From Alphaproteobacteria bacterium (lineage in GTDB: Bacteria > Pseudomonadota > Alphaproteobacteria > UBA2966): a stretch of 64,000 nt of DNA. A model generated the notes under the pieces. The model did no database searches, had not been told where the DNA came from, and worked only from the letters and a program-made list of their open reading frames with translations. The stretch covers positions 1,984,001-2,048,000 of the forward strand of contig OZ219856.1 in assembly GCA_964291395.2 (NCBI GenBank), in the 5' to 3' direction. Within the stretch, counting starts at the first letter, position 1. Each line of letters opens with the position of its first letter. A program made the position numbers and the translations under genes. This document shows, piece after piece, positions 39,202-50,900 of this stretch.

Positions 39202-40959
39202 TCACCGCAAAGCAGCAGCAGCCGGGGCGTTCACCTGGACGGTAACGATATCGACGTCATGATATTGCTGGTGGCGAACGGAAGACGCGAGGTGCCGAAG
39301 CAGCCGGAGGGAAACCTCGTGCTCGACCGGTGTCTCGTCGCCTCGGTCCCCGAGCAGCGCGAGCCGGTCCTGAATGTTCTCCCCCCTCGGTGCGATCGCA
39401 AACTCCAGCACCGCGCCGCCGTTTCCTCGATAGGCAACCAGTCGCAGGCGCCGATCGGATCCTTCTCGGCCTTCGTCCGATTTGATGAGGCTCAGCAAGG
39501 TCTCCTCAGCGACCGCGTCAAGGCGAGCCGCCATCCCGCCATCCCAACCGCCACGGGACGCGAACGAGCGGAGGAACTCCCCGATCTTGGGCAGAGCCGA
39601 GAGATCGAGTTCCGCCTCCATCCGGCTTCGGCGGGACTCGGTCATCTCCAGGAACAAGGTCATGAAGATGGCCGCCAACCCGCCGGAGGTCATCCCATTG
39701 GAGAGCAGGCCGCCCGCGAAACCGGATGCGAACTCCGGGAATATCATGCCGTTTTGGAACCCGACCCCAATCCAGAAAGCGACGCCGGCGATCAGACCCT
39801 TCCGGTGGTCGATTCCGTCCTGAAGCAGGACCTTGATGCCGACCAGGAAGAGCATCGCCATCAGTATGGCGAGGTAGCCCGCGACGACGGGGCCCGGTAT
39901 CGCGAGAACCACGGCCAGGGCCTTCGGAAGGAACGCCAGAAGGATGAATATCGCCCCGGTGGCGATTCCGACGCCGCGCGCCGCGACGCCCGTGAGCTCG
40001 ATCAGCGATGCGCTCACCGACAAAGCGGTGTTTGGCACGGTCCCGGCGAAACCGCACAGCAAGTTGCTGAGTCCGTCGACGTTCACCGCACCCTGCACCG
40101 CGCGGAAATCCACCGCGCGTCCCTGTCGCCACGATACGCTCTGAACGGCGACGCAGCTGCTGATCGAGCGCAGTGTCACGATCAACGTCACCAGCAGGAA
40201 TGCCGGGACAAGCGACCAGAAGGCCGGCCCGAACTCGAGATCGAGACCGGGCCATTCGACGCTCGGAACGCCGATCCAGGGAGCTTCGGCAACACGGTCC
40301 GTGTCGTAAAGTCCGAACAGCGCGGACACCAAGGAGCCGGCAACCACCCCGAAGACGGGAGCCCAGAGACGTAGCGCCCCCCCGGCCCTCAGCGCGATGC
40401 AGACGATGACGAGTACGGTGGCAACGGCGCTCAACGGCGCGACGTGCGCCGGGCTTCCGTCCGGCACCTCGGTCAGCATTCCAAACACGACCGGCATGGC
40501 CGTGACCGGCACCAACATGAGCACCGTTCCCGAAACGGTCGCGGTCAGGATCCGCCGGAACAGCGCGATCCGCGCGGACAGGACGAACTGGAACAGTGCC
40601 GAAATGACAATCAGGGTTGCGAGCAGCGCCGGGCCGCTTTTCTCCATGGCTTCGATGCAAAGCCAGATGAAGGCCACGGAGCTGCTCATTACGAGCACGT
40701 GGTTGCACCCGATCCGACCGTAACGCACCGCTTGCAGGGCGGTGGCCGCGCCGCAAACCGCGACCGCCGCGAACACCGCCCATGACAGGTAGGTTTCGCT
40801 CGCGCCCGCGGCCCGCATCACGACGGTGGGAATCAGGATCGGTAGGGCGACGGTCAGAACTGTGAGCTGCAGGCCGAGGCCGAGACCGAGCGCCACCGAA
40901 ACTCTTTCGTCGGGCTGGTAGCGGACTCCCCCGCCAGAAGTGGAGTCGTTTCCGCTCAT
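39202..40959 (-). CDS. NCS2 (xanthine/uracil permease-like) transporter fused to a C-terminal degenerate anti-sigma-type HATPase_c domain; probable SupE-like permease
   Basis: About 440 aa polytopic core (LGLQ, ATALQ, DGLSNLLCGFAGTVPN, TGVAAR, F.PK...IPGPV); about 140 aa soluble tail (LSALPKIGEFL...LDAVAEE...SLRLLRHLASSV) with RsbW/SpoIIAB-like pattern. Confidence 0.8.
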   Translation of the reverse strand: MSGNDSTSGGGVRYQPDERVSVALGLGLGLQLTVLTVALPILIPTVVMRAAGASETYLSWAVFAAVAVCGAATALQAVRYGRIGCNHVLVMSSSVAFIWLCIEAMEKSGPALLATLIVISALFQFVLSARIALFRRILTATVSGTVLMLVPVTAMPVVFGMLTEVPDGSPAHVAPLSAVATVLVIVCIALRAGGALRLWAPVFGVVAGSLVSALFGLYDTDRVAEAPWIGVPSVEWPGLDLEFGPAFWSLVPAFLLVTLIVTLRSISSCVAVQSVSWRQGRAVDFRAVQGAVNVDGLSNLLCGFAGTVPNTALSVSASLIELTGVAARGVGIATGAIFILLAFLPKALAVVLAIPGPVVAGYLAILMAMLFLVGIKVLLQDGIDHRKGLIAGVAFWIGVGFQNGMIFPEFASGFAGGLLSNGMTSGGLAAIFMTLFLEMTESRRSRMEAELDLSALPKIGEFLRSFASRGGWDGGMAARLDAVAEETLLSLIKSDEGREGSDRRLRLVAYRGNGGAVLEFAIAPRGENIQDRLALLGDRGDETPVEHEVSLRLLRHLASSVRHQQYHDVDIVTVQVNAPAAAALR

Positions 40960-41286
40960 ACCGGGAGCGAGCCCCCGCGAGCGTTATCTACGCGGCCGAA
41001 AACGTGAGACTTCATCGCCTGACAACTTCAACAATAGTTGCTACAAATGGTGAAATTATCTTGCTATGCGGCCCTCAGGCGCGGCGTCCGTGGATATGAT
41101 AAACAGACCGGCACGCCGGCCGAAAAGGTGGGAACCTTTATCCTGCGCGAGGTTGTCGAAGACTGTCATGAGACGGCACGGCATGGGCTCGAACCCGGGA
41201 CATATTCGGTGCCGTCCCGCTGTCGCCCACCTCCTCAGCCGCGATCGGCTTCGGCGGTGAGTGCAGTGTCTTCGGAGGGTCAGCCG

Positions 41287-42477
41287 ATGAAGACCGATCT
41301 GCGCGCGAAGCAGTGGGCGGCGAAGTATCCCGACCTCGGAACCGCCCCGCTGCCGACCGAGCCATATGTTTCGGAAGAATATTTTGCCCTGGAACGCGAC
41401 CGGGTCTTTCAGCAGTGCTGGCTGAACGTCGGGCGCGTCGAGGAGATCCCGAAGGCAGGAGACTACTTCGTGCGGGAGATTGCCATCTGCCGCGCCTCCG
41501 TTCTGGTGATCCGGGGCGCTGACGGTGTCGTGCGCGGCTTTCACAATGTCTGCTCGCACCGCAGCAACAGGCTTGTATTGGATGAGCGTGGGGCATGCGG
41601 GAGAACCCTGCATTGCCGGTTCCACAACTGGACATATGACGACAAGGGCATGCTGATACATGTTCCCGATGAAGAGAATTTCCACAACTTCGACAAGAAG
41701 GATCACGGCCTGACGCCGGTGAACACGGACATCTGGGAAGGCTTCATCTTCATCCACCTCGGCTTCGATCCGGCCGAGTCGCTGCGGGAGTATCTGGGCG
41801 GTGTCGCGGACCGTCTCGACAACTGCCCGTTTCATGAGATGAAGCTGTTCCAGACCTACAGGGTGGAGGAACAGGCCAACTGGAAGGTCGGACTCGATGC
41901 ACAGAACGAACTTTATCATTTCCCCATGCTGCATGGCCGCGCTCTGGGCAACCAGTTTATGGTGAACGGCGAGAGGCAGTGTCGTTATCTGGACGTCACG
42001 TTGTTCAAACGCCACAGCACTTGGTCCTGCGAATACAATCCAGACCAGAAACCGACCCCTCTCACGAAAAAACTCTTCGCATTCGACGGCATAATTCGTT
42101 CGTTCGAGATCCCGCGGATGATCGGCGACATGGATTATTTCACCGTGTTTCCGAACTTCGTCATCCTGCTTTACCGGTTGGGAACTACGGCGGCCTACAT
42201 GACCTACCAGTTTTGGCCGCTGTCCGTCGATCGGACGATCTGGGAAACGAGTATCTATTTCCGGGAGCCCCTGACGATACGGGAGAAGCTCCGGCACGAA
42301 TACTTCAAGCGTATCTCTCTCGACACGCTGCAGGAGGATTCAGCCGCGCACGAGACTGTACAGGCAGGTCTCGCCTCGCGTGCCAAGTCACATGTGGTCC
42401 TGCAGGACAGCGAAATCCCGATCCGCTACTTTCACAAAGTGCTGGAGGATTGTGTCGGGTTTTATCGGCAGGCATAG
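41287..42477 (+). CDS. Rieske non-heme iron oxygenase alpha subunit
   Basis: Rieske CSH...CRFH, NWK...ELYH....H mononuclear iron ligands, C-terminal ED; ATG after GGAGG. Confidence 0.92.
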   Translation: MKTDLRAKQWAAKYPDLGTAPLPTEPYVSEEYFALERDRVFQQCWLNVGRVEEIPKAGDYFVREIAICRASVLVIRGADGVVRGFHNVCSHRSNRLVLDERGACGRTLHCRFHNWTYDDKGMLIHVPDEENFHNFDKKDHGLTPVNTDIWEGFIFIHLGFDPAESLREYLGGVADRLDNCPFHEMKLFQTYRVEEQANWKVGLDAQNELYHFPMLHGRALGNQFMVNGERQCRYLDVTLFKRHSTWSCEYNPDQKPTPLTKKLFAFDGIIRSFEIPRMIGDMDYFTVFPNFVILLYRLGTTAAYMTYQFWPLSVDRTIWETSIYFREPLTIREKLRHEYFKRISLDTLQEDSAAHETVQAGLASRAKSHVVLQDSEIPIRYFHKVLEDCVGFYRQA

Positions 42478-42494
42478 GCGTCGCCGCGACACAA

Positions 42495-42818
42495 TCAGTC
42501 TTGCGGGACGAAACGCAGCGGATCGCAGGCATCGACCGCCTCGCGACGCTTGTAAAGTTCGACCAGGGTGGAAACTTCCACTAGCGACAAAGACATGAGG
42601 TAGAGCCGATGCGCCGGCGCTGGCATGACCGCGCCGAAATAATCCTCCAAGTACCCAATTATTTCGTCCAGCCTCGACACCATCGCGTCGTAGAATGCAC
42701 GGATCTCGTCCATCGAGGACTCGGCCTTCTTCTCAGTTCTGGCGCGTTCCGGTTCCAGCGCCCAGTCCAGAAACGGCACCAGCTCCTCGAAAGGCTCCGG
42801 CAGCATGGGTTCGACCAT
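42495..42818 (-). CDS. Small conserved hypothetical helical protein
   Basis: LPEPFEEL.PF.DWA....R..K...SSMDEIRAFYDA pattern; RBS AGGAG; immediately downstream of the TPP enzyme. Confidence 0.7.
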   Translation of the reverse strand: MVEPMLPEPFEELVPFLDWALEPERARTEKKAESSMDEIRAFYDAMVSRLDEIIGYLEDYFGAVMPAPAHRLYLMSLSLVEVSTLVELYKRREAVDACDPLRFVPQD

Positions 42819-42844
42819 CGTCGTTCGCTCTCCTGTTTTCCCGG

Positions 42845-44509
42845 CTACACCTTGCCCTCAATGGCAACTTCGATCAGGTGGGGGGCGTCCGAAGCGAGCG
42901 CGCCGCGCACCGCGTCCGCAAGCTCGTCCGGCTCCGCGACACGGGTTCCCGCGACGCCCATGCCCGCGGCCATCTCGAGGAAGCCTAACGGAGGATCAAC
43001 TAGGTCCATCCCGTGGTATGGCAGGTTGGAAGCCACGCCGAAGCGTCGCCGGTAGATGTCGAGATTGTGCTTGAGAATCCGGTATTCGCGATTGGCGAGG
43101 ATAACGAAAAGGATTGGCAGCCGGTGATGCGCCGCCGTCCACAATGCCTGAATGCTGTACATCGCCGACCCGTCGCCGGAGATACAAAACACCGATCGCT
43201 CCGGACAGGCGAGCTTGACGCCGAGGGCGCCGGCGATACCCTGACCGATCCCGCCGCCGCGGCCTCCGAAATAATAGCCGGGGCCGCGAAAGTCGAACGC
43301 ACGCGGGATCTCGCGACTGCCGGTGATCGCTTCCTCTACGATCACGGTCTCCTCTGGCGCCACGGCCGCCAGCGTCTCCAACGCGAGCGCGACCGGCATC
43401 GGCCGCCGTTCCCGCCCCATTTCTAGGAGCGCGCGCCGGGATTTCCGTTCCTTTTCCCGAAGTACCGCGAAGCTCTCGTTACGGTTGTCGGCGGCGGCGG
43501 CGAATGCGGCCGGGCGGTCTGACAGCACCAGCTCGGAGACCGCTTCCAAAGCGGGCCCGAGGCCGGCAATCAGGCCGGTTGCGAGCCCGCAATTGCGGGC
43601 GAGGCGTTCCGCCACCTCCTCGATTTGAACCACCGCCGCACCGGACGGGAACGGCCCGGTGGGCGCGTACCAGACCTCCTCGAAGAAGGGACCGCCCACC
43701 AACAGAACTAGGTCGGCGTCGCCCAGGCTCTGCGCAATGCTCGCCGCATCGGAGGAGAGGCGGCCCCGGAAGTTGGGATGTGCGTTCGGAATCGGCTGGT
43801 GCTGATGGACGAACTCGGCCCAGATCTTCGCGCCGGTCGCCTCCGCAAGCTTCAAGACGGCATCGCCCGCACCCGCCCGCGCGACGTCGTCCCCGATCAC
43901 GATCGCGGGTTCGGCGGCGGCCAGGAGTTGCCGGGCGATGTCGCGGACGCCCTCAGGGTCCGGCGCGGGGGCGCGGTAGAGTCTGCCTGAGCCGACGGCG
44001 GCGATATCGGTCTGCTGCTCCATCACATCGATCGGTAGGGAGACGAAAACCGGGCCCGAAGGGGGATCGTGGGCGGTCTTGAAGGCGCGCCGGATGATCG
44101 GGGCGATCTCGTCAGCGGTTTCGGCCTGGACGCTCCATTTCACCACGGGTGCCGCCATGGCCACTAGATCGTGGCCGAGGAGCGGGTCGCGCAGCCGAAG
44201 GCGGGTGTCCTGCTGTCCTGCCGTAAGCACCATCGGCGAGTTGGCGCGCAGCGCGCCGTAGATCATGCCGATGGCGTTGCCGAGGCCGGGTGCCACGTGG
44301 AGGTTGACCACCCCGGTGCCGCCACCGGCTTGGGCGTAGTAGCTCGCGGCGCCGACGGCAACGCCTTCGTGCAGCGCCAGCACGTAGGAGAGCGCCGGGT
44401 ACCGGGCCAAGCTGTCGATCAGCGGGCTCTCCGTGGTGCCGGGATTGCCGAATAGATGCCGCACCCCTTGCGCCAGAAGGCTCTCCATGAAGACGTCGTG
44501 CCCGTGCAT
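42845..44509 (-). CDS. Thiamine pyrophosphate-dependent enzyme, benzoylformate decarboxylase-like
   Basis: FGNPGTTE, LHE, NLHVAPGLGN, TAGQQ, GDGSAMY...N TPP-binding motif. Confidence 0.9.
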   Translation of the reverse strand: MHGHDVFMESLLAQGVRHLFGNPGTTESPLIDSLARYPALSYVLALHEGVAVGAASYYAQAGGGTGVVNLHVAPGLGNAIGMIYGALRANSPMVLTAGQQDTRLRLRDPLLGHDLVAMAAPVVKWSVQAETADEIAPIIRRAFKTAHDPPSGPVFVSLPIDVMEQQTDIAAVGSGRLYRAPAPDPEGVRDIARQLLAAAEPAIVIGDDVARAGAGDAVLKLAEATGAKIWAEFVHQHQPIPNAHPNFRGRLSSDAASIAQSLGDADLVLLVGGPFFEEVWYAPTGPFPSGAAVVQIEEVAERLARNCGLATGLIAGLGPALEAVSELVLSDRPAAFAAAADNRNESFAVLREKERKSRRALLEMGRERRPMPVALALETLAAVAPEETVIVEEAITGSREIPRAFDFRGPGYYFGGRGGGIGQGIAGALGVKLACPERSVFCISGDGSAMYSIQALWTAAHHRLPILFVILANREYRILKHNLDIYRRRFGVASNLPYHGMDLVDPPLGFLEMAAGMGVAGTRVAEPDELADAVRGALASDAPHLIEVAIEGKV

Positions 44510-44973
44510 ATCGCTTGTTCCTGCAGCTCAGATCGCGCTGGACCGTCTTCGATATCCGGCCGAGTCGTGGCTTGCCGCTGGGCTTAACCTCGTGCCGCGG
44601 CAGCATACGACTGCGGCAAGCCACGGCTCGATTTATCGCACAGTCTGGACCGGTTTTCGAGCGGCCACCAGACCAGGGGAAGGAGCACCGCACCAAACGC
44701 CCGCACCATTCAACGCGTCCTTACTGTAAGTCCCGAAGATCGCAAGCCTGGAGACAAAACTGAAGACGTTGAAGAACCGGAACCCTGGTTGTGGATTCGA
44801 ACATGACCATTTTTGGCCCGGTAGAATCCCTGAAGGCATGCCTGCCGAGCGCCTGGGATGTACTCGCCACGCTGCCACCAAATTCTTGCATGTCCGCCAC
44901 CAAAATATGTATGCCAGGCAAATCGCATTTGCCCGCAAAGTTGTGGCACTCTCTCGGTCGGGGAGATAATTCG

Positions 44974-47900
44974 ATGACGGAACCAAGAAGCCCGGACGCC
45001 TACCGGGAGTGTAACGGACCGGGGCTTCCCACCCCACTTGCGCCCATCGCCATCGTCGGCATGGCCTGCCGGTTTCCGGGCGCGGACGGGCTCGCTGCCT
45101 TCTGGCGCATGCTGGAGGCGGGAGAGAGCGGGGTGATCGAAGGGGTGCCCGGCTCGGGCGTTGGCCGCATCGGCGAGCTGTTTCCCGATGACGCGGGGCT
45201 CCGCCCGGCGTGCCGGTTTGGCGCCTATCTCGACGACCTCGACCTGTTCGACGCCGCCTTTTTCCGCATCTCGCCGGTCGAGGCGCAATTGCTCGATCCC
45301 CAGCAGCGGATGATGCTGGAGACGTGCTGGCGCGCGCTGGAAGACGCCGGCATGGATCCCGACAGCCTGAACGGCAGCCGCACCGGGGTCTATGCTGGGA
45401 TCAGCAACAACGAATATCGCGGGCTGATCCTGGAGACCGCCTCTCCGGACGAGCCCGCCGTCAGCCTCTATTCCGTCACCGGCACCTCCTTCAACACGGC
45501 CATCGGCCGGGTCGCCTTTGCGCTCGGGCTGGAAGGCCCGGCGCTGGCGCTGGATACCGCCTGCTCGTCCTCGCTGGTTGCGATTCATCAAGCGGTGACT
45601 GGCCTGCAGCGCGGCGAGGCGGATCTGGCGCTGGCCGGCGGCGTCCACGCGATTCTCTCGGGTCGTCTGCTGGCGATGCGCGCCAATGCCGGAATGCTGT
45701 CGCCGGACGGACGCTGCGCGACCTTCGATGCGGCTGCGAACGGATACGTGCGCGGCGAGGGCTGCGGGATCGTGGTGCTCAAGCGCCTCGCCCAGGCGGA
45801 GGCCGACGGCGACCGGATCTGGGCCGTGATCCGCAGCACCGCGCTGAACCAAGACGGGGCCAGCCCCGGATTGACCGTGCCGAGCGGACCCGCACAGGAA
45901 AAGGTCATCGAGGCCGCACTGCAGCAGGCCGGGCTCGAACCCGCCGAGGTCGATTACGTCGAAGCGCACGGGACGGGCACGGAGGTCGGCGACCCGATCG
46001 AAGCCGAGGCGACCGGCACGGCATACGGGCGCGGGCGCACCGAGGGGCAGCCCCTCCTGATCGGCTCGGTCAAGACCAATATCGGCCATCTCGAAGCGGC
46101 GGCAGGAGTCGCAGGCGTGATCAAGACCGTGCTGGCCATGAAACGGGGGGTCATCCCCAGGCATCTCCACTTCCAGGAACCGAGCCCGGAAATCGATTGG
46201 GAGCGGCTGCCCCTGAAGGTAACGGCGACGCCTACCGACTGGCCGCGCGCAACCGATCGTCCCCCGCGCGCGGGGATCAGCGGCTTCGGCTGGTCCGGCA
46301 CCAACGCCCATGTCGTGCTGGAGGGGTACGGGGAAAGCGAAGGCGCCGACGCCGAGGGCCCGGAACACTGGACCACCGGATTACCCCGGTCCGTCCCCGT
46401 CTCCCAACCGGCTTCCGTCCTCCAAGCCGCGCCGGCGGCGGAGACCATCGTGCCGCGCGGCACACGGTTCCTGCCGCTCTCGGGCAGGTCGGAAGGGGCC
46501 CTTCGGGAGCTCGCGAACAAGTACCTGTCCTGGCTCGACGAACGCACCGGCGACAACAGCGCAGAAATGCTCGCCGACATGGCGTGGACGGCCGCCGTCG
46601 GGCGCAGCCATTTCGGCCACCGGGCGGGCGTGGTGTTCCGGGACGCCGACTCCCTGCGCGATGCCCTGCGGGCGCTGGAGGAAGCGGACGGGACCGTGGC
46701 GCCGCGGGCGGCGAAAAGGGTCGCATTCGCCTTTACCGGACAGGCCAGCCAATGGCCCGGCATGGGCGAGGCGCTTTACGCGAGCGAGCCGGTTGTCCGA
46801 GCGGTACTCGACCGTTGCGACACGGTGCTTGCCGAGAGCCGCGGGGACTCGCTGCTCGACGTGATGTTCGGCCGGCCGGAGGCCGCGGGCGACCTGGACG
46901 ATCCGCAGTGGAAGCAGCCGGCGATCTACGCGCTGGAGTGCGCGCTCGTCGAGCTTTGGGCGAGCGTCGGCGTGCGGCCCGACGTCGTGGTCGGGCACAG
47001 CCTGGGCGAAATCGCTGCGGCGTACACCGCCGACGTGTTCGGCCTGGAAGAGGGGCTGCGCTTCGCGGCCGCCCGGGGCGGGCTGATCGGCGCGCTTCCC
47101 GGCGAGGGAGCGATGGCGGCGGTCTTCGCGCCGGAATCCCGCGTCGCGGCGGCGCTGGAGGAGCACAACGCGGCCTCCGGGGGGATCGGCCTCTGCATCG
47201 CGGCGGACAACGGCGCGCACCAAGTAATCAGCGGTCCGACTGTGGAGATTGAAGCGATCCTCGAGCGCCTGGAGGCGGAGAGCGTTCGCGTTGCGCGGCT
47301 GCGGAAGAGCCCGGCCTATCACAGCGCGATGGTCGAGCCGGCCCTGGACGACCTGGAAGCCGCGCTTGCCGAAACCGCCTTCGCGCCTCCGTCGATCCCC
47401 TTCGTCAGCAACTTGACCGGCCGCGCGCTGGAAGCGGGCGAGGCACCCGACGCGGCGTATTGGCGGCGGCAGGCACGCGAGCCGGTGGCCTTCCGCGCTT
47501 GCGTCGAAACGCTGGCGGAGCAGGGCGTGGACGCGGTGATCGAGATCGGCCCCCATGCCGTCCTCGGACCGATGGCGGAGATGGCATGGCCGGAGTCCGC
47601 CGGTGCTGCGCCACCGGCGGTTCTCTCCAGCCTGCAACGTCCGGCCAGAGACGAAGAGCCGCCGCCGGCGGGCTCGGGCGGGGGCTTCGTCGAAGCGGTC
47701 GCCGGCGCCTACGAGGCGGGGCTTGCGGTGTCCTTTCCCGGATTCTTCGCGGGCGAGAAGCGCCGCCGGATCGCGCTGCCGGGCTACCCGTTCCAGCGTG
47801 AGCGCTATTGGGTCGAGGGTTCCCGGCGGCAGCGGTCGGGCACGGGGCACCCCTTGCTGGGTACGCGCCACGAGTCCGCGAGCGGGGAGACCGCCTTCGA

Positions 47901-50900
47901 CACGGAGGTCTTCCCTTCGGACCCGGGGTGGCTCAACGATCACCGGGTCTTCGGTCGGCTTATCGCGCCGGGCGCACTTTACGGCGCAATGGCCGCATCG
48001 GCCACCCGCGCCGAAGGAAGCGAAGCGCCGGTCGTCGAGGACTTCCAGATGCAAAGCGCCCTGATCTTCCCCGACGAGGACGCCGAAGAGGGTTCCGCCG
48101 AGCCGGGCCGGCGGATGCAGGTTCTGCTCGACGATACCGAGGACGGCGCATTCCGCCGGGTCCGTGTCCTCAGCCGGGGCGAGGGCGAGGACGGGTGGAC
48201 GCTCCACGCAGAAGGCCGAATCTCGACGGGTGCCGCCGGTTCGCCGCAGGGGGCCTCGCCGCTCGATGTGGAGGGGTTGAAATCCGACCTGTCCCCGGTG
48301 AATCTTGCGGCCTATTACCGCGCCAAGTCCGCCGTGGGGATCGATCTCGGCCCGTCCTTCCGCACGCTGGAGGCGCTCTGGGCGCGCGCCGGCGAGGCGG
48401 TGGCCGAAGTGGCGCTCCCCGCCGGGCGGGGGGACACCCCGCTCGACGTGCATCCGCTGGTGCTCGACGGCTGCTTCCAGACCTTCGCCGCAGCGCGCAA
48501 CCCCGACGGCGGCGAAGAGGGCGTCACCTATCTTCCGTTCGCGTGGGAGCGGCTGTGGCTCACGGGTAGCCTGCCGGAGCGGCTGGTCTGCCATGTGCGC
48601 GTAAGGGAAGGCCCGGAGGGCGCGGCGACGGACGCCGGAAATGGCGAAATGCCGGAGGTGTGGGCCGCGGACCTGCGGCTCTACGACCCCGACGGCGCGC
48701 TCGTCGGAGAGCTGGCCGGGTTCACCGTGAAGCGGGCAACGAGGGCGGCGCTGCTCTCGGCCGTGGAAGGAATAGACGAGCTTCTCTACGAGGTCGTCTG
48801 GCAGGACCGCGCTCTCGCGCCGGGCATCGCGCCCGCCGACTTCCTGACGAGCCCTTCCGAGATATCCGCGACCACGAATCTCTTCCCCGAGTATCTGGCG
48901 AGCGTGGACGTCGACGCCGCCGACAGGGCGGCATTGCTGGCCGATCTGGAGCAACTGTCCGAAGCTTATGCGCTCGCCACGTTGGACAGGCTGGGCTGGA
49001 AGCGAGTGGCAGGTGAGAAGGTGGAATCCGCCGAGCTGCGGGAGAGCCTGAACGTCGGGGTGGAGCACGAGCGGCTGTTCCGGCGAATGCTGGAGATGCA
49101 GGCCCGCGCCGGGGTGCTGGAGCAGGCTGGAGACGGCTTCGTCGTCACCGTCGCGTCCGGCGAGCCCCTGCCGGAGGGGTTGGTGGACGACCCCGATGCA
49201 TGGGCGGGCGAGATGGCCGTGCGGTATGCGCACGGAACGACCGAGATCGGCCTGTTCCGGCGCAGCGCCGATGCCCTGGCCGATGTGCTTCAAGGCCGCA
49301 TGGACCCGTTGACGCTGCTCTTCAGCAGCGGCGAGCCTACCGCGGCCGATCTCTATCTGAAGGCGCCGGTGGCGCGGGCGGCGAACCGGCTGCTGGCAGA
49401 TGCGGTCGCGGCGCTCCTGGCCGAATTGCCGGAAGGCCGCAAGTTGCGCGTCCTCGAGGTGGGTGCCGGCACCGGCTCGGCGACCGCTGCCGTTCTCCCC
49501 GAGCTGCCGGAGGGACGCTACGACTACACCTATACGGACATCTCCGCCGGCTTCTTCGCGGAGGCGGAGTCGCGCTTCGGCGGTGCCGAGGCGGCGATCG
49601 ACTACCGCGTGCTGGATATCGAGAAGGACCCGGTGGAGCAGGGATTCGATCGTCACGGCTACGACCTAGTGATCGCGTCCAATGTGCTGCACGCCACGCG
49701 CTACCTGAACGAAACGCTGGCGCACTGCCTCGAGGTGCTTGCCCCGTCGGGCCAGTTGGTCGCGCTTGAGAACCTGCGTGGCCAGGGCTGGCTCGACCTG
49801 ACCTTCGGCCAACTGGACGGCTGGTGGCGTTTCGCCGACGAATACCGCCCGCATCATGCGCTCGCCACCCCCGCCGTCTGGCGGCAGGCCCTCGGCGACG
49901 CGGGCTTCGAGGACATCGCGATCCTGGGATTCGACGAGTCCGACCCGAACGCCAACCCGGACCGAGGCGTGATCGCGGCGCAGGGACCGTCGGACGTGAC
50001 CGAGGCGCCCGGCGCGTGGGTAGTGGCCGCCGACCGGGGCGGCGTGGCAGCCGAACTGGCGGCGGAACTCGCGGCGCAAAACCAGATGGTCGTGCTTGCC
50101 GGCGCGGAGGCAGGCCCGGACGTGCCTTCGGTGCCCGCCGGCGCCGGCATCGTCGAGGCGTTCGTGGAAACGACACGGCGCGAGTCCTGGAAGTCCCTGC
50201 TCGAAGACCTGCCCACCGACCTGCCGCTTGCCGGAATCGCGCACCTCGTCGGACTCGGCGGCCACGGCGCACAGGCGACGACGGAAGAAATGGCCGAGGA
50301 TGCCCGACACGCGACGGCGAGCGCGCTGGCGCTGACACAGGCGCTGATGGAAAGTGACCTGACCCTGTCGAAAGGCCTCTGGTTCGTGACGCGGGGCGCG
50401 CAGGTGCTGGAGCGCGAGCGCGGCGGGCAATTGGCCGGCGCCGCCCTCTGGGGATTCGGCAAGGTGGCAGCCCGGGAAGCGCCCCGGCTGCAACCGAGGA
50501 TGCTGGATCTCGATCCCGCCGATGCGGAGCTTCCGCCGGATCTGGCAGACGAGTTTCTCCATCCGGACGCCGAAACCCATATCGCCCATCGCTTCGGCCG
50601 CCGCCGGGGCGCGCGGCTGATCCGCGCCGCTGCGGTCGCGGACCGGCTGACCCTGCCGGAGGAGCCCGGCTGGGAGCTGGAGCCCGATGCCGGCGGTTCC
50701 CTCGACGCGATCGGGGTGATGTCCATGCCGGAGCGTCGGTTGGAGCAGGGGGAAGTCCGGGCCGCGGTCGAGTCCTTCGGGCTTAACTTCCGAGACGTGT
50801 TCATCGCCATCGGCGTCGTCGACGACGTCATGGGCGGGGAGTTCTGCGGGCGAGTGCTCGAAGTTGGGGAAGGTGTCACCAGCGTCGCCGTGGGAGACCG

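Noticed and set aside
41038-41286. N-terminal extension of the Rieske ORF
   Set aside because: Not protein-like; GGAGG precedes the ATG at 41287, and this region is probably the divergent promoter.
44791-44973. 61-codon N-terminal extension of the PKS in the ORF track
   Set aside because: Atypical composition; a better RBS (GGGAG) precedes the ATG at 44974.
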